A DNA stretch of 49,885 nucleotides from Planctomycetota bacterium (GTDB taxonomy: Bacteria > Planctomycetota > UBA1135): contig JALUVI010000074.1 of the NCBI GenBank assembly GCA_027020785.1, positions 1-49,885 of the forward strand, in the 5' to 3' direction. This document shows, in pieces, positions 38,364 to 49,786 of this stretch (position 1 is the first letter of the stretch; each line of letters opens with the position of its first letter). The position numbers were made by a program, and so were the translations under genes. Under the pieces are notes generated by a model. That model did not search any database and was not told the DNA's origin. It saw nothing but the letters and a program-made list of their open reading frames with translations.

Positions 38364-40376
38364 ATGAACGCCCTCTCCCCGGGACGCGCCCGCGCCGTGG
38401 CCCTGGTCGCCGTCGCGGCCCTGGTCGTGGCCCTCGCCTACCTGTTCCTGGGGCCCGAACCGGCCCCGGACCGGTCGCAGTCCGCGCGCGGCTCGGCCGC
38501 GACCCCGGCCGAGGAGCGGCCGGACGCCGGAACCCTGCAGTCGCTCGGCTACTCCGGGGGCGAACTGGACCGCGACGCCGCCGCGGCCGAACCGCTGCGG
38601 GACGACGCCCTGGACCTCCGCTTCGCCGAGGGCGGCTCCGGAGCCGCCATCTACGGACGGGTGATCGATCCCGAGGGGCGCCCCGTCTCGGGCGCCACGG
38701 TGTGGCTGGCGCCCCGCTTCCGACTCGGCGACCCCCTGCAGAGCGCCCGCCGGGTCGGGCAGGGACCGCGGACCACGACCGACGCCGGCGGGCGCTTCCG
38801 CTTCGACGACCTCCAGGCGGGCCAGGAGCTGAACCTGTGGGCCTGGCACCCGGACTGGGCTCCGACCGCGGGCACCCCCGTGGTCGTGCTCGCCGACGAG
38901 CCGCAGGAACTGCCGCCCATCGTCCTCGACGCCGGGCATCGAGTCTTCGGCCGCGTCGAGGACGAGGCCGGCAACCCGCTGCCCGCCACGGTGGAGCTGC
39001 TGATGCAGGAGACCAGCACCTTCCGCCACGGCACCCCGGAGGAACTGCGTCAGGAAGACCTGGCGCAGGGTCGCCTCCTGGTGACCGAGACCGACGACTC
39101 GGGACGCTTCTCCTTCGACCACGTCGCCGAGGGCATCTGGAGCCTGCGCGCCCAGAGCGAGGGCTTCGCCGCCGCCGAGGTCCAACCCATCCTCGCCTTC
39201 GGCAACCAGGAACCCGAGGAGCAGGTCCTGGTGCTCGGCACCGAACACCGCATCACCGGGACGGTGCGCGACGCCGCGGGGCGTCCGGTGGCGAACGCGC
39301 TGGTCACGGTGTCCCGCACCAAGCCGCGGCCCATCTTCACCGCCCGAACCCGCACCGCCGAGGACGGCACCTTCACGCTGCGGGGCCTGCCGGACGGGCT
39401 CTATGGGCTGGCGGCCTCCGCCGAAGGCCACACCAACGCGCGGCTGGGCCGGGTCAAGGCCGACGGCCCGCCGGTGGACATCGTGCTCCAGGACAAGGGC
39501 GGGGTCAGCGGCCGCGTCACCGACGCCGACGGCCGCCCCGTGCCGGCCTTCGAGGTCGAGGTGCTGCGCACCCGCCCCAACAACCCGACCTACGGGATCA
39601 CCGGCCTGAACTACTCGTTCCAGTCGGCGCAGGGCGAATACACCATCCCCGAGCTCGACCCGGGCACCTACGTGCTGCGCATCACCGCGCCCGGCCACGC
39701 CCCGGGCTACACGCCGTCGTTCCAGGTGCAGCGCGAGATGGTCCTCGGCATCGACGCCCAGCTCGGACGCGGCGGCGTGCTGAAGGGGCGCATCGTGGAC
39801 GGCGCCACCGGCGCCCCCGTCGCCGGCGCCACGGTCACGGTGCACGGGCCCAACTTCCGCCCCGACGAGATGGACGCCCTGTTCGGTGGTTCCTTCGGGG
39901 ACCCGGACAACGTTCCGCCGCAGCGGGCGGTCAGCGGAGCCGACGGGCGCTTCGAGATCGCCAACGCCTGGCCCGGCGACCTGCAGCTGTTGATCGAGCA
40001 TCCGCGCTACCTGCGCGAGAGTGTCCGGACCACGGTCACCGAGGGCGGGGAGCAGGACCTCGGCGACCTGCGGGTCTTCCCCGGCGGCAGCATCGTCGGA
40101 GTGGTCCGCGACCCCGACGGCAAGCCGGTCAGCGGCGGCACCGTGAACCTGACGCGCCGCGAGGGTGACGGCTGGTTCCACCGCAGTACCCTGCTCGACG
40201 CGCAGGGGAGGTTCCGCTTCGATGCCCTGCCCGAGGGGTCGTACGAGATCATCGCCTATCCGCCGTACAACCAGAACGTGCTCATGTTCCCCGACTCGAG
40301 CTCGGCCCGTGAGGTCTTCGTGCCCACCGGCGAGCAGATCCGGGTCGAGTTGACGGCGACCGGCGGCGAAGGCTGA
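38364..40376 (+). CDS. Membrane-anchored protein with multiple carboxypeptidase-regulatory-like (beta-sandwich) domains
   Basis: N-terminal TM helix; repeated GRV.D..G.PV..A.V ... T...G.F...L..G.Y units. Confidence 0.82.
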   Translation: MNALSPGRARAVALVAVAALVVALAYLFLGPEPAPDRSQSARGSAATPAEERPDAGTLQSLGYSGGELDRDAAAAEPLRDDALDLRFAEGGSGAAIYGRVIDPEGRPVSGATVWLAPRFRLGDPLQSARRVGQGPRTTTDAGGRFRFDDLQAGQELNLWAWHPDWAPTAGTPVVVLADEPQELPPIVLDAGHRVFGRVEDEAGNPLPATVELLMQETSTFRHGTPEELRQEDLAQGRLLVTETDDSGRFSFDHVAEGIWSLRAQSEGFAAAEVQPILAFGNQEPEEQVLVLGTEHRITGTVRDAAGRPVANALVTVSRTKPRPIFTARTRTAEDGTFTLRGLPDGLYGLAASAEGHTNARLGRVKADGPPVDIVLQDKGGVSGRVTDADGRPVPAFEVEVLRTRPNNPTYGITGLNYSFQSAQGEYTIPELDPGTYVLRITAPGHAPGYTPSFQVQREMVLGIDAQLGRGGVLKGRIVDGATGAPVAGATVTVHGPNFRPDEMDALFGGSFGDPDNVPPQRAVSGADGRFEIANAWPGDLQLLIEHPRYLRESVRTTVTEGGEQDLGDLRVFPGGSIVGVVRDPDGKPVSGGTVNLTRREGDGWFHRSTLLDAQGRFRFDALPEGSYEIIAYPPYNQNVLMFPDSSSAREVFVPTGEQIRVELTATGGEG

Positions 40377-40422
40377 TTCTCCGCCAGCGCCGGGACGGGG
40401 ACGTGCGTAGGCTCGTCCGACC

Positions 40423-41715
40423 ATGACCCCGCTCCCCCTCCTGATCCTCCTCCCCCTGCTGCAGCAGGGGGCCGCCCCCGAGGACTTCCGCGTCCAGGAC
40501 CTCCAGGCCCACATCGGGTTCCTGGCCTGCGACGAGATGGAGGGGCGCGAATCCGGAAAGCTCTCGGGCCACCTCGCCGGTCGCTACGTCGAGGCCCAGT
40601 TCCGACGCTTCGGCCTGCAGCCGCTGCCGGGTCGTGACGACCTGCGCATCCCCTTCACCATCGGTCGCGGCGAGCGGGCGACGACGGCCTACGACGTGGT
40701 CGGCGTCCTGCCGGGCACCGGCCCCGACGCCGACCGCTACCTGGTGATCGGCGCCCACTTCGACCACGCCGGCATCGGCGGCCCCGGCGCGATGGGCTTC
40801 CCCGGCGAGATCCACAACGGCGCCGACGACAACGCCTCCGGAACGGCGGCGATGCTCGAGCTCGCCGAGTGGTATGCCGCGCATCCGCCGAACCACTCGC
40901 TGATCTTCATCGGTTTCAGCGCCGAGGAACGTGGCCTCAACGGCAGCCGGGCGCTGGTCGAAGCCGGCGGCACCATGGCGCCCGACGACGGCGGAGCCCT
41001 GGCGGTGGAAGAGGCTCCGGCGCTGCCGCTCGAGCGCATCGACGCCATGCTCAACCTCGACATGGTCGGCCGCAGCGAGGACGGCTACCTCTTCGTCGGC
41101 GGGCTCGGCACCGCCGAGGAATTCCACGACCTGCTGGGGCCGGTCTTCGAGCGGAGCGACCTGCGGCTGGAACTGTCCGACCTCGGCGAGGCGCCGAGCG
41201 ACAACACCAGCTTCTACCACGCCGGCATCCCGGCCCTGTTCCTGTTCACCAACGTCCACGAGGACTATCACATGCCGTCGGACGACCCCGAGAAGATCCA
41301 CTACGAGGAGGAGGTCCGCATCCTCGGCCTGGCGCGCGAGATGGTGGACGCGCTGGACCGGGCGGGTCGCCTGACCTTTCGGGAGGCCCCCGGCATGGGG
41401 ATGCCCGCCGACTTCCAGCAGCGCATGGGCGAGCACTTCCGGCGCATCGCCGAACGCCAGGACCAGCGCGGGCGCTTCGGCGTCCGCGTGGATGCGGGGG
41501 GAGCCGGACTGCTCGTCAGCGACGTCTCCGCAGGCAGCGCCGCCGAAGAGGCGGGCATCGCGCCGGGCGACCGCCTGCTGCGGATGAACGGACGCGACCT
41601 CCACACCATCGCCGACCTGCGCCGCGCCCTCGGCGGCGGCATGAAGGGCGACGAGGTGCGTTTCGTGTTGCTGCGGGACGGCGAGCGCATCCGCGGCAGC
41701 GCGGTCCTGCGCTGA
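40423..41715 (+). CDS. Secreted M28 family metallopeptidase with C-terminal PDZ domain
   Basis: GAHFDH, NGADDNASG, FSAEERGL, LNLDMVG, DYH..SD; PDZ GSAAEEAGIAPGD. Confidence 0.9.
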   Translation: MTPLPLLILLPLLQQGAAPEDFRVQDLQAHIGFLACDEMEGRESGKLSGHLAGRYVEAQFRRFGLQPLPGRDDLRIPFTIGRGERATTAYDVVGVLPGTGPDADRYLVIGAHFDHAGIGGPGAMGFPGEIHNGADDNASGTAAMLELAEWYAAHPPNHSLIFIGFSAEERGLNGSRALVEAGGTMAPDDGGALAVEEAPALPLERIDAMLNLDMVGRSEDGYLFVGGLGTAEEFHDLLGPVFERSDLRLELSDLGEAPSDNTSFYHAGIPALFLFTNVHEDYHMPSDDPEKIHYEEEVRILGLAREMVDALDRAGRLTFREAPGMGMPADFQQRMGEHFRRIAERQDQRGRFGVRVDAGGAGLLVSDVSAGSAAEEAGIAPGDRLLRMNGRDLHTIADLRRALGGGMKGDEVRFVLLRDGERIRGSAVLR

Positions 41716-41749
41716 CCTCCGCTCCGGTCCGTCGCGGACTTCCGCTCCG

Positions 41750-44700
41750 ATGCCCCGACGTCTCGCACTCCTCGGATTGGCCCTCGCCGCGATCGCGGCC
41801 GCCCTGCTGTTCCGCCCCGATGCGTCGAGACCGGAACGCGTGGCCCCGGCCACGGAAGGGGCCGCGTCCGCCCCCGGGAGCGGAACGGCTCCCCACCCCA
41901 CGCCCGGAACCCTCGCCGACGTCCCCGCCGCCGAGACGGAGGAGGGCGCGCCGGTCCGTGCCGAGGCCGCCGACCTGCTGCGGCTGCGGGTTCGGGGGCC
42001 GGGCAGCCGACCGGTGGATGCGACGGTCTACCTGCTGCCACGGCTGGCACGGGAGTCCTCCGTCCAGGACGAAGCCGCCCCGAGGGTCGAACGCCGCGAC
42101 GCGCCGGGCGGCCTCCTCGAACTGCCCCGAACCGACGGGGCCGTGGAACTCCTCGCCGCGGGCCCCGAGGGCCGCAGCGGGGTCCTCGCCCTCGACCCCG
42201 ACGACCGTGGGGACGCGGCGCCTCGGGTCGTCGTCCTCGACCGCCCCCACGGACGCGTGGTCCTCCACCTGCGCGACGCCGACGGCGCCCCGATCACGGA
42301 CGGGGTGATCGAGGTCGTCGGATTCCGGGCCGAGACCGACCACCCGCTGGTGCGCGCCGCTGCGGAAGACCGCTTCGCCGCCCTGCCCGCGGTGGACGCG
42401 GGCGGCACCTGGCGGGTGATGCTGCCCGCCGGCAGCTATCGCCTGCGCGCCGAGGACGGGGCCGGGCGCCTCGCCCTCATGGACCTGGGCGTCACGGAGG
42501 GCGCAGAGGTCGAGCGCTCGCTGGTGCTGGGAGCCACCGCCGAACTGGTCGGCCGCGCCGTCGGTCCGGACGGGCGGCCGGCGGCCGAGGCCGAGGTGAT
42601 CGCCTACCCGAGCAACGGCCTCACGACGCCGCGCACCGACCCGACCCTGGTCTGGTTCCAGACCTACGGCACCTTCCCCGAAGGCCCCGGCGTCCCCTTC
42701 GAAGACGGACTGGTGGCCTCCGCCGGCCCCGACGGCCGCTTCCGCCTGCGCGTGCCGGCGGGATGGAAGGCCTACCCGCTGCTCCGCGCCGAAGGACTGC
42801 GCCCCTGGATCGGCCCGACCGTGGAGCTGGAGGGGGGCGCGCGCCACGACCTCGGTACCGTGCGACTGGATGCCGGCGGGCGGCTCCGGGTCCGCGTCCT
42901 CACCGACGGCGCCCCGGCGGCCGGGGCCGCCGTGGGCTGGGAACCGCCCGACTCCCCGCTCCTTCGCCAGCCGCCCACCCGGTCCGCCGACGCGGAGGGC
43001 TGGACCGTGTTCCGCGCCGTCGCCCCCGGACGCGTCCTCGTCCGCGCCGCCCTCCCCGGGCGGGCCCCGGCCGAAGCCGAGGCGCGGGTCGTGGACGACG
43101 AGACCACCGAAGTGGTCCTGGACCTGGAACCCGGCGGGCGCGTGGTCGGCCGCGTGACCCGCTCCGGAGCGCCGGTCGGCGGGGCGAGGGTTCGACTCCT
43201 GCCGCACGATCCGGATTCCTCGCTGCAGTGGCTGCTCGGTGATTCGTCGCGCGGCTTCCGCACCGAGACCGGCGACGACGGCGCGTTCGTCCTCGCCGAC
43301 GTGCCGGCGGGACGCTGGGACCTGATCGCGGGCAGCGACGAGGCCGAGAAGCGGGTGACCGGCCTCCAGGTCACGGCCGGAGTCGACACCCCCGTGGAGG
43401 TGGACCTGGCCGGGGGCGCCGTGCTCACCGTGACCGTCCTCGACGCGGACGACCTGCCCCGGGCCGACGAGGCGGTGTCGGCGGTCCTGACCGAGGTCAA
43501 CGCCAACCGCCAGCTCCGGACCGGCCCCGACGGCCGAGCCGTCTTCCGTGACCTGGAGCCGGGGCTGTGGACCGTGATCCACGTCTCGGGCGCGGATGCC
43601 GCGACCACCGAGGCCGGCGACCTGTCCGGCATCCGGGTCGAGCAGCGCTACGTCCGGCTCGCCGAAGGCGAGCACGCCGAGGTCGTCCTCGGTGGGCGGC
43701 GCGAGACCGCCGACCTGGTGGGGCGCGTCACCTCCGGCGGCGAACCTCGCCCGGGCGCGACCGTGATGGCGATCGGCCCCGGGGGCACGCGCATCGAGCG
43801 CACCGACGCGTCGGGCGGGTTCCGTTTCGCCGACCTCCCCCTGGGCCCCTACCTCCTGATCGTCGCCGCGAACCTGCTCGGCGGCGACCAGTACCAGGAG
43901 AGCGTCGAGCTGGTCGAGGCCGGCGAGACGCGCCACGACGTGGATCTGCCCGAGCGGGGGCTGGAAGTCGTGGTCCGGGACGCGGAGAGCGGTACGCCGC
44001 TCGAGGGAGTGGCCGTGTCGCTGCGCCCGACCGACGGCAGCCACCCTTCGGGAGGCTTGTTCGCGACCACCGACGCCGAGGGAACGGCTCGCTTCTCCTG
44101 GCTCGTCCCCGGCGCCTACGACGTCGTCGCCGGCCCCCTGGCGCTGCCGCTGTTCGGCGGCGAAGGCGGCAACGCCATCCTGCCCGGGGTCGTCGTCGCC
44201 GACGCCCCGGGCACGCAGCGCGTGGAGCTGCGTCTCGGACGGGGCGCCACCCTGCGGGTCCGCGTCCGCACCCCCGACGGCGGCCTGGTGCGCGGCGCCC
44301 ACCTCTTCTTCGAGGACGCCGAAGGACGGCCGCTCAACGTCCTCTCCACGAAGGCGACCAACTCGAAGGGCGTGGCCCAGCTGGAGGGACTTCCGCCCGG
44401 TCCGGGCGTACTCCTGGTCCGCCACCCCGAGCTCGGGCTGGCCCAGGTGCCGGTGCGGCTCACCGAGGACGCCCTGGTGAAGCAGGAGGTCGTCCTCGAT
44501 CCCGGCGGGTTCCTGGAGGTGCAACCCGTCGGCGACGCCAGCGAGCCCCTGCCCGGCGTCTGGGTGGTGGTGCTCGACGAGGACGGACGACCGGTGTCCA
44601 CGCGCTGGTCCCTCGAGGAGACCCAGGAGGTCCGCAATGCGTACCTCTCGGGGACGCCCTACCGGATCGGCCCCCTCGCGCCGGGGACCTACCGGGTGCG

Positions 44701-44797
44701 CCTGGTCCGCCCGGGACGCCCGCCGGTGGACCACGAGGTCGTCCTGCCGTCGGGGACGGAGGTGGAGCGGGTGACGGTGACGTGGCCGGCGGACTGA
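41750..44797 (+). CDS. Large protein with multiple carboxypeptidase-regulatory-like domains
   Basis: N-terminal hydrophobic anchor; repeated G.P..GA.V ... T...G.F...L..G.Y/W units over about 1000 aa. Confidence 0.82.
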   Translation: MPRRLALLGLALAAIAAALLFRPDASRPERVAPATEGAASAPGSGTAPHPTPGTLADVPAAETEEGAPVRAEAADLLRLRVRGPGSRPVDATVYLLPRLARESSVQDEAAPRVERRDAPGGLLELPRTDGAVELLAAGPEGRSGVLALDPDDRGDAAPRVVVLDRPHGRVVLHLRDADGAPITDGVIEVVGFRAETDHPLVRAAAEDRFAALPAVDAGGTWRVMLPAGSYRLRAEDGAGRLALMDLGVTEGAEVERSLVLGATAELVGRAVGPDGRPAAEAEVIAYPSNGLTTPRTDPTLVWFQTYGTFPEGPGVPFEDGLVASAGPDGRFRLRVPAGWKAYPLLRAEGLRPWIGPTVELEGGARHDLGTVRLDAGGRLRVRVLTDGAPAAGAAVGWEPPDSPLLRQPPTRSADAEGWTVFRAVAPGRVLVRAALPGRAPAEAEARVVDDETTEVVLDLEPGGRVVGRVTRSGAPVGGARVRLLPHDPDSSLQWLLGDSSRGFRTETGDDGAFVLADVPAGRWDLIAGSDEAEKRVTGLQVTAGVDTPVEVDLAGGAVLTVTVLDADDLPRADEAVSAVLTEVNANRQLRTGPDGRAVFRDLEPGLWTVIHVSGADAATTEAGDLSGIRVEQRYVRLAEGEHAEVVLGGRRETADLVGRVTSGGEPRPGATVMAIGPGGTRIERTDASGGFRFADLPLGPYLLIVAANLLGGDQYQESVELVEAGETRHDVDLPERGLEVVVRDAESGTPLEGVAVSLRPTDGSHPSGGLFATTDAEGTARFSWLVPGAYDVVAGPLALPLFGGEGGNAILPGVVVADAPGTQRVELRLGRGATLRVRVRTPDGGLVRGAHLFFEDAEGRPLNVLSTKATNSKGVAQLEGLPPGPGVLLVRHPELGLAQVPVRLTEDALVKQEVVLDPGGFLEVQPVGDASEPLPGVWVVVLDEDGRPVSTRWSLEETQEVRNAYLSGTPYRIGPLAPGTYRVRLVRPGRPPVDHEVVLPSGTEVERVTVTWPAD

Positions 44798-44820
44798 CCC
44801 CCGGGTAGCCTGCCGCCTCC

Positions 44821-45741
44821 GTGCCCCTCGACCCCCCTCCCTTCCCGCGCGCCGGAGAGGTCTGCGCCCTCGCCAGCGCCGGGGCGTGGGCGGTGGCGTC
44901 GGTGCTGTTCGCCCGCGCGCTGCGCGACCGCAGCGCCGCCGATGCGCTCGGGTTCAAGAACGGGGTCGCGACGCTGGTCCTCGCCGCCGTCGCGCTGCTC
45001 CTCGGGCCCGAGCTCGGCGGCGGCCTGCCGCCCCCGGCGTCGCTCGGCTGGCTCGCCGCCTCCGGAGTCGCCAGTCTCGGCTTCGGCGACCTCCTCTACT
45101 TCGTCGCCCTCTACCGCCTCGGAGTCGCGCCGACCATCATCCTCACCCAGCTGACCCCGGCGCTGACGGCGCTCGGCGCCTGGCCGCTCTACGACCAGCC
45201 CGTCGGCGGGCTCGAAGCCCTCGGCATCCTGCTGGTCGTGGCCGGCGGCGCCTGGAGCCAGCTCGCGCCGACCGGCGCGACGCCCCACCCGCGGCGACGC
45301 TCCGGTCTGTTCGCCGCGCTGGCCTGCACCGTCGCCTGGACGGCGGGCAACCTGATGATGGAGCCCGGGCTGCGCGGCACCGGCGTGGTCACGGCCGGTG
45401 CGACCCGCCTGCTCGCCGCCTTCGCCGCGCTGGTCCTGTTCCTCTTCGTCCGCGGCCGCGGCGCCGACCTACGCCGTGTCTTCCTGCGGCGCGGTTCGTG
45501 GCGCGCCCTCCTCGCGCCGACCCTGATCGGCACCGTCTTCGGCATGGTGCTCTACGCCGCGGGGTTCAAGTGGGCCGAAGCCGGAGTCGCGGCCAGCCTG
45601 TCCAACGCAGTCCCCCTGTTCACCGTGCCCCTCGCCGCCTTCGTGCTGAAGGAGCCGACCCCGCCGCGGCAGTGGCTCGCCGCCGGCGTGGTCGTCGCCG
45701 GTGTCGCCCTGCTCGGGCTGGCGCCGGAATCGCTACCCTGA
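44821..45741 (+). CDS. DMT/EamA family transporter
   Basis: About 10 TM helices in two repeats; GDLLYF, PLFTVPLAAFVLKE. Confidence 0.88.
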   Translation: MPLDPPPFPRAGEVCALASAGAWAVASVLFARALRDRSAADALGFKNGVATLVLAAVALLLGPELGGGLPPPASLGWLAASGVASLGFGDLLYFVALYRLGVAPTIILTQLTPALTALGAWPLYDQPVGGLEALGILLVVAGGAWSQLAPTGATPHPRRRSGLFAALACTVAWTAGNLMMEPGLRGTGVVTAGATRLLAAFAALVLFLFVRGRGADLRRVFLRRGSWRALLAPTLIGTVFGMVLYAAGFKWAEAGVAASLSNAVPLFTVPLAAFVLKEPTPPRQWLAAGVVVAGVALLGLAPESLP

Positions 45742-45746
45742 CCGCC

Positions 45747-47102
45747 ATGTTCCGACGCGTCTTCGTCGCCAACCGAGGGGAGGTCGCCGCCCGCGTGCAG
45801 CGCACCTGCCGCGCACATGGCATCGAGGTGGTCCAGGCCGTGTCCACCGCCGACCGCGCCGCCGGCTTCCCCTACGTGGCCGAGGCCGACGAGGTCGTGG
45901 AGCTCGGTCCGGGGCCGGCCGCGAAGAGCTACCTCGACGTCGCCGCCGTGGTCCAGGCCGCGGTCCAGAGCCGATGCTCGGCGCTGCACCCGGGCTGGGG
46001 CTTCCTCGCCGAGGACCCGCGCTTCGCCGCGCTGTGCCGGGCCCACGGGGTGTGCTTCGTCGGCCCCGATCCCGCGGTGATGGACCTGATGGGCCGCAAG
46101 CTCACCGCACGGCGCGCGGCGCGCGACGCCGGGCTGCCCATCGTGCCGGGTTGCCTGCGCCCGCTCCGCGACGCCGACGAGGCGGCGGCGATGGCGGAGC
46201 AGCTCGGTTGGCCGGTGCTGCTGAAGGCCGACGCCGGCGGCGGCGGACGCGGCATCCGCCGCGCCGACGACGAGGAATCTCTGCGGCGCGGCTTCGTCGA
46301 GGCCGAGCGCGAGGCGCGCTCCGCCTTCGGCCACCCCGAGCTCTACCTGGAGCGCTGCGTGGTCGGCGGCCGCCACGTCGAGTTCCAGGTCCTCGGCGAC
46401 GGGCGCGGGGGCGCGCTGCACCTGGGGGAGCGCGACTGCTCCATCCAGCGCCGCCACCAGAAGCTGGTCGAGGAATCGCCCTGCCCGGCGATGGACGCGG
46501 CGAGCCGTGAGCGCTACGGCGAGCTCTGCACCCGGGCCGCCGCCCGCTGGCGCTACGCCGGAGCCGGGACGATGGAGTTCCTGCGCGCCGACGACGGCGC
46601 ACTCGTGTTCCTCGAGATGAACACGCGGCTCCAGGTCGAACACCCCGTGACCGAGGTCCGCTTCGACGACCTCGACCTGGTCGCCTGGCAGCTGCGGATC
46701 GCCGCCGGATGGGAACTGCCCGACGCGACGGCCCTCGAGCCGCACGGGCACGCCATCGAGGTCCGCGTCAACGCCGAGGACCCGGACGCCGACTTCGCCC
46801 CGTCGCCGGGGACGATCACTGCTTTCGACGTCGGTGGCGAGGGCATCCGGGTGGATACCCACGTCGCCCCGGGAGCGACCATCCCGCCGTTCTACGACTC
46901 GCTCCTGGCCAAGGTCGTCGCGCACGGCCGGGACCGCGAAGAAGCGCGCACCCGCCTGGTCGCGGCGCTGCGCTCGGCCCGCGTGGAGGGCGTGGCGACG
47001 ACCATCCCCCTCCTGGTCCGCATCCTGGAGCACCCCGACTTCGTCGCCGGCGACTACGACACCGGCTGGTTGGAACGGGAGCGGGCCGCCGGACGGCTCT
47101 AG
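45747..47102 (+). CDS. Biotin carboxylase subunit (stand-alone, AccC/YngH-like)
   Basis: VANRGEVA, HPGWGFLAE, GGGGRG, ERDCSIQRRHQKLVEESP, EMNTRLQVEHPVTE, PPFYDSLLAK; ATG at 45747; no fused biotinyl domain. Confidence 0.93.
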   Translation: MFRRVFVANRGEVAARVQRTCRAHGIEVVQAVSTADRAAGFPYVAEADEVVELGPGPAAKSYLDVAAVVQAAVQSRCSALHPGWGFLAEDPRFAALCRAHGVCFVGPDPAVMDLMGRKLTARRAARDAGLPIVPGCLRPLRDADEAAAMAEQLGWPVLLKADAGGGGRGIRRADDEESLRRGFVEAEREARSAFGHPELYLERCVVGGRHVEFQVLGDGRGGALHLGERDCSIQRRHQKLVEESPCPAMDAASRERYGELCTRAAARWRYAGAGTMEFLRADDGALVFLEMNTRLQVEHPVTEVRFDDLDLVAWQLRIAAGWELPDATALEPHGHAIEVRVNAEDPDADFAPSPGTITAFDVGGEGIRVDTHVAPGATIPPFYDSLLAKVVAHGRDREEARTRLVAALRSARVEGVATTIPLLVRILEHPDFVAGDYDTGWLERERAAGRL

Positions 47103-47244
47103 CCCGCGCGAGACGCCCCCAGGCCGCGCCCAGGCCGCGCCGAGGTCGGCCGGCCGGGACGTCGGCCCGCCGCGGCTGCTGGTCGCGCTGACGGCGGGCT
47201 CGAGGGCCTGCCGGGGGCGCGCGGATGACGCTAGGGTGGGCAGC

Positions 47245-47979
47245 ATGGAACGCTCCACGATCTCCCTCTTCGGCGCCCTCGCTCTCGGCTTCGCCGCCGG
47301 CGCGCTGTGGCCGGCCAATCCGGCCGACGCGGCCCCGGCTCCCTTGGCGCCCGCGCCCGCCGCCGCGACCGAGACCGCCGCCGCGCCGGGGGGGGCCCCG
47401 TGGCAGGAGCCCGGCGCCGGGCAGGAGGCTCCGACGGCCCCCACGCCCGAGGAGATGCAGGCCTACATGGCCCGGATGATGGAACTCGCCTCGCCCGGCC
47501 CCGAGCACGAAGAACTGGCCCGGATGGTCGGGAACTGGAAGGTCGTCTCGCGCTACCGCATGGCGCCCGACGCCGAATGGCAGGAGAGCGCAGGACGCGC
47601 CCGCGTCCAATCGGCCCTCGGTGGGCGCTGGATCGTCGAGCAGTTCGAGCTGTCCATGGACTTCGGCGGCATGCCGATGGAGATGAAGGGCCTGAACCTC
47701 GTCGGCTACGACCGGCTGCACGAGCGCTACGAGACCCACTGGTCCGACACCTTCTCCACTTGGATGATCCACGCCTACGGCCAGAAGCGGGACGACGGCG
47801 TCTTCGAGTTCCACGGCACGATGTACGATGCCGTGACTCCGGATGGGCGTCCCTACCGCATGACCGTCGAGTCGGTGGACGACGAGCACCAGGTGATGCG
47901 GATGTACGACACCATCCCGCCGTACGGCGAGGTGGAGGTCATGCAGGTGCACTACGAGCGCGTCGCCGAGGACGGCTGA
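47245..47979 (+). CDS. DUF1579 family exported protein
   Basis: Signal-like N-terminus; [32 protein letters not shown]. Confidence 0.8.
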   Translation: MERSTISLFGALALGFAAGALWPANPADAAPAPLAPAPAAATETAAAPGGAPWQEPGAGQEAPTAPTPEEMQAYMARMMELASPGPEHEELARMVGNWKVVSRYRMAPDAEWQESAGRARVQSALGGRWIVEQFELSMDFGGMPMEMKGLNLVGYDRLHERYETHWSDTFSTWMIHAYGQKRDDGVFEFHGTMYDAVTPDGRPYRMTVESVDDEHQVMRMYDTIPPYGEVEVMQVHYERVAEDG

Positions 47980-48043
47980 TCCCGGGACGCGGCAGCGGGA
48001 CGGCTGGCCGCGACGGGTTCGGCGTTGCTAGGCTCCGGCGCGC

Positions 48044-49782
<1,739 letters not shown>

Positions 49783-49786
<4 letters not shown>

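Noticed and set aside
40423-41715. M28 protein as a glutaminyl cyclase explaining the Gln-ended signal peptides
   Set aside because: Motifs and the PDZ fusion fit ordinary M28 aminopeptidases; nothing specific supports cyclase activity.
47104-47224. GC-rich fold-back with an 11-bp tandem duplication (CCCAGGCCGCG x2, 47118-47139)
   Set aside because: Short, imperfect stems in extremely GC-rich sequence; no second copy seen in the window; plausible by chance.
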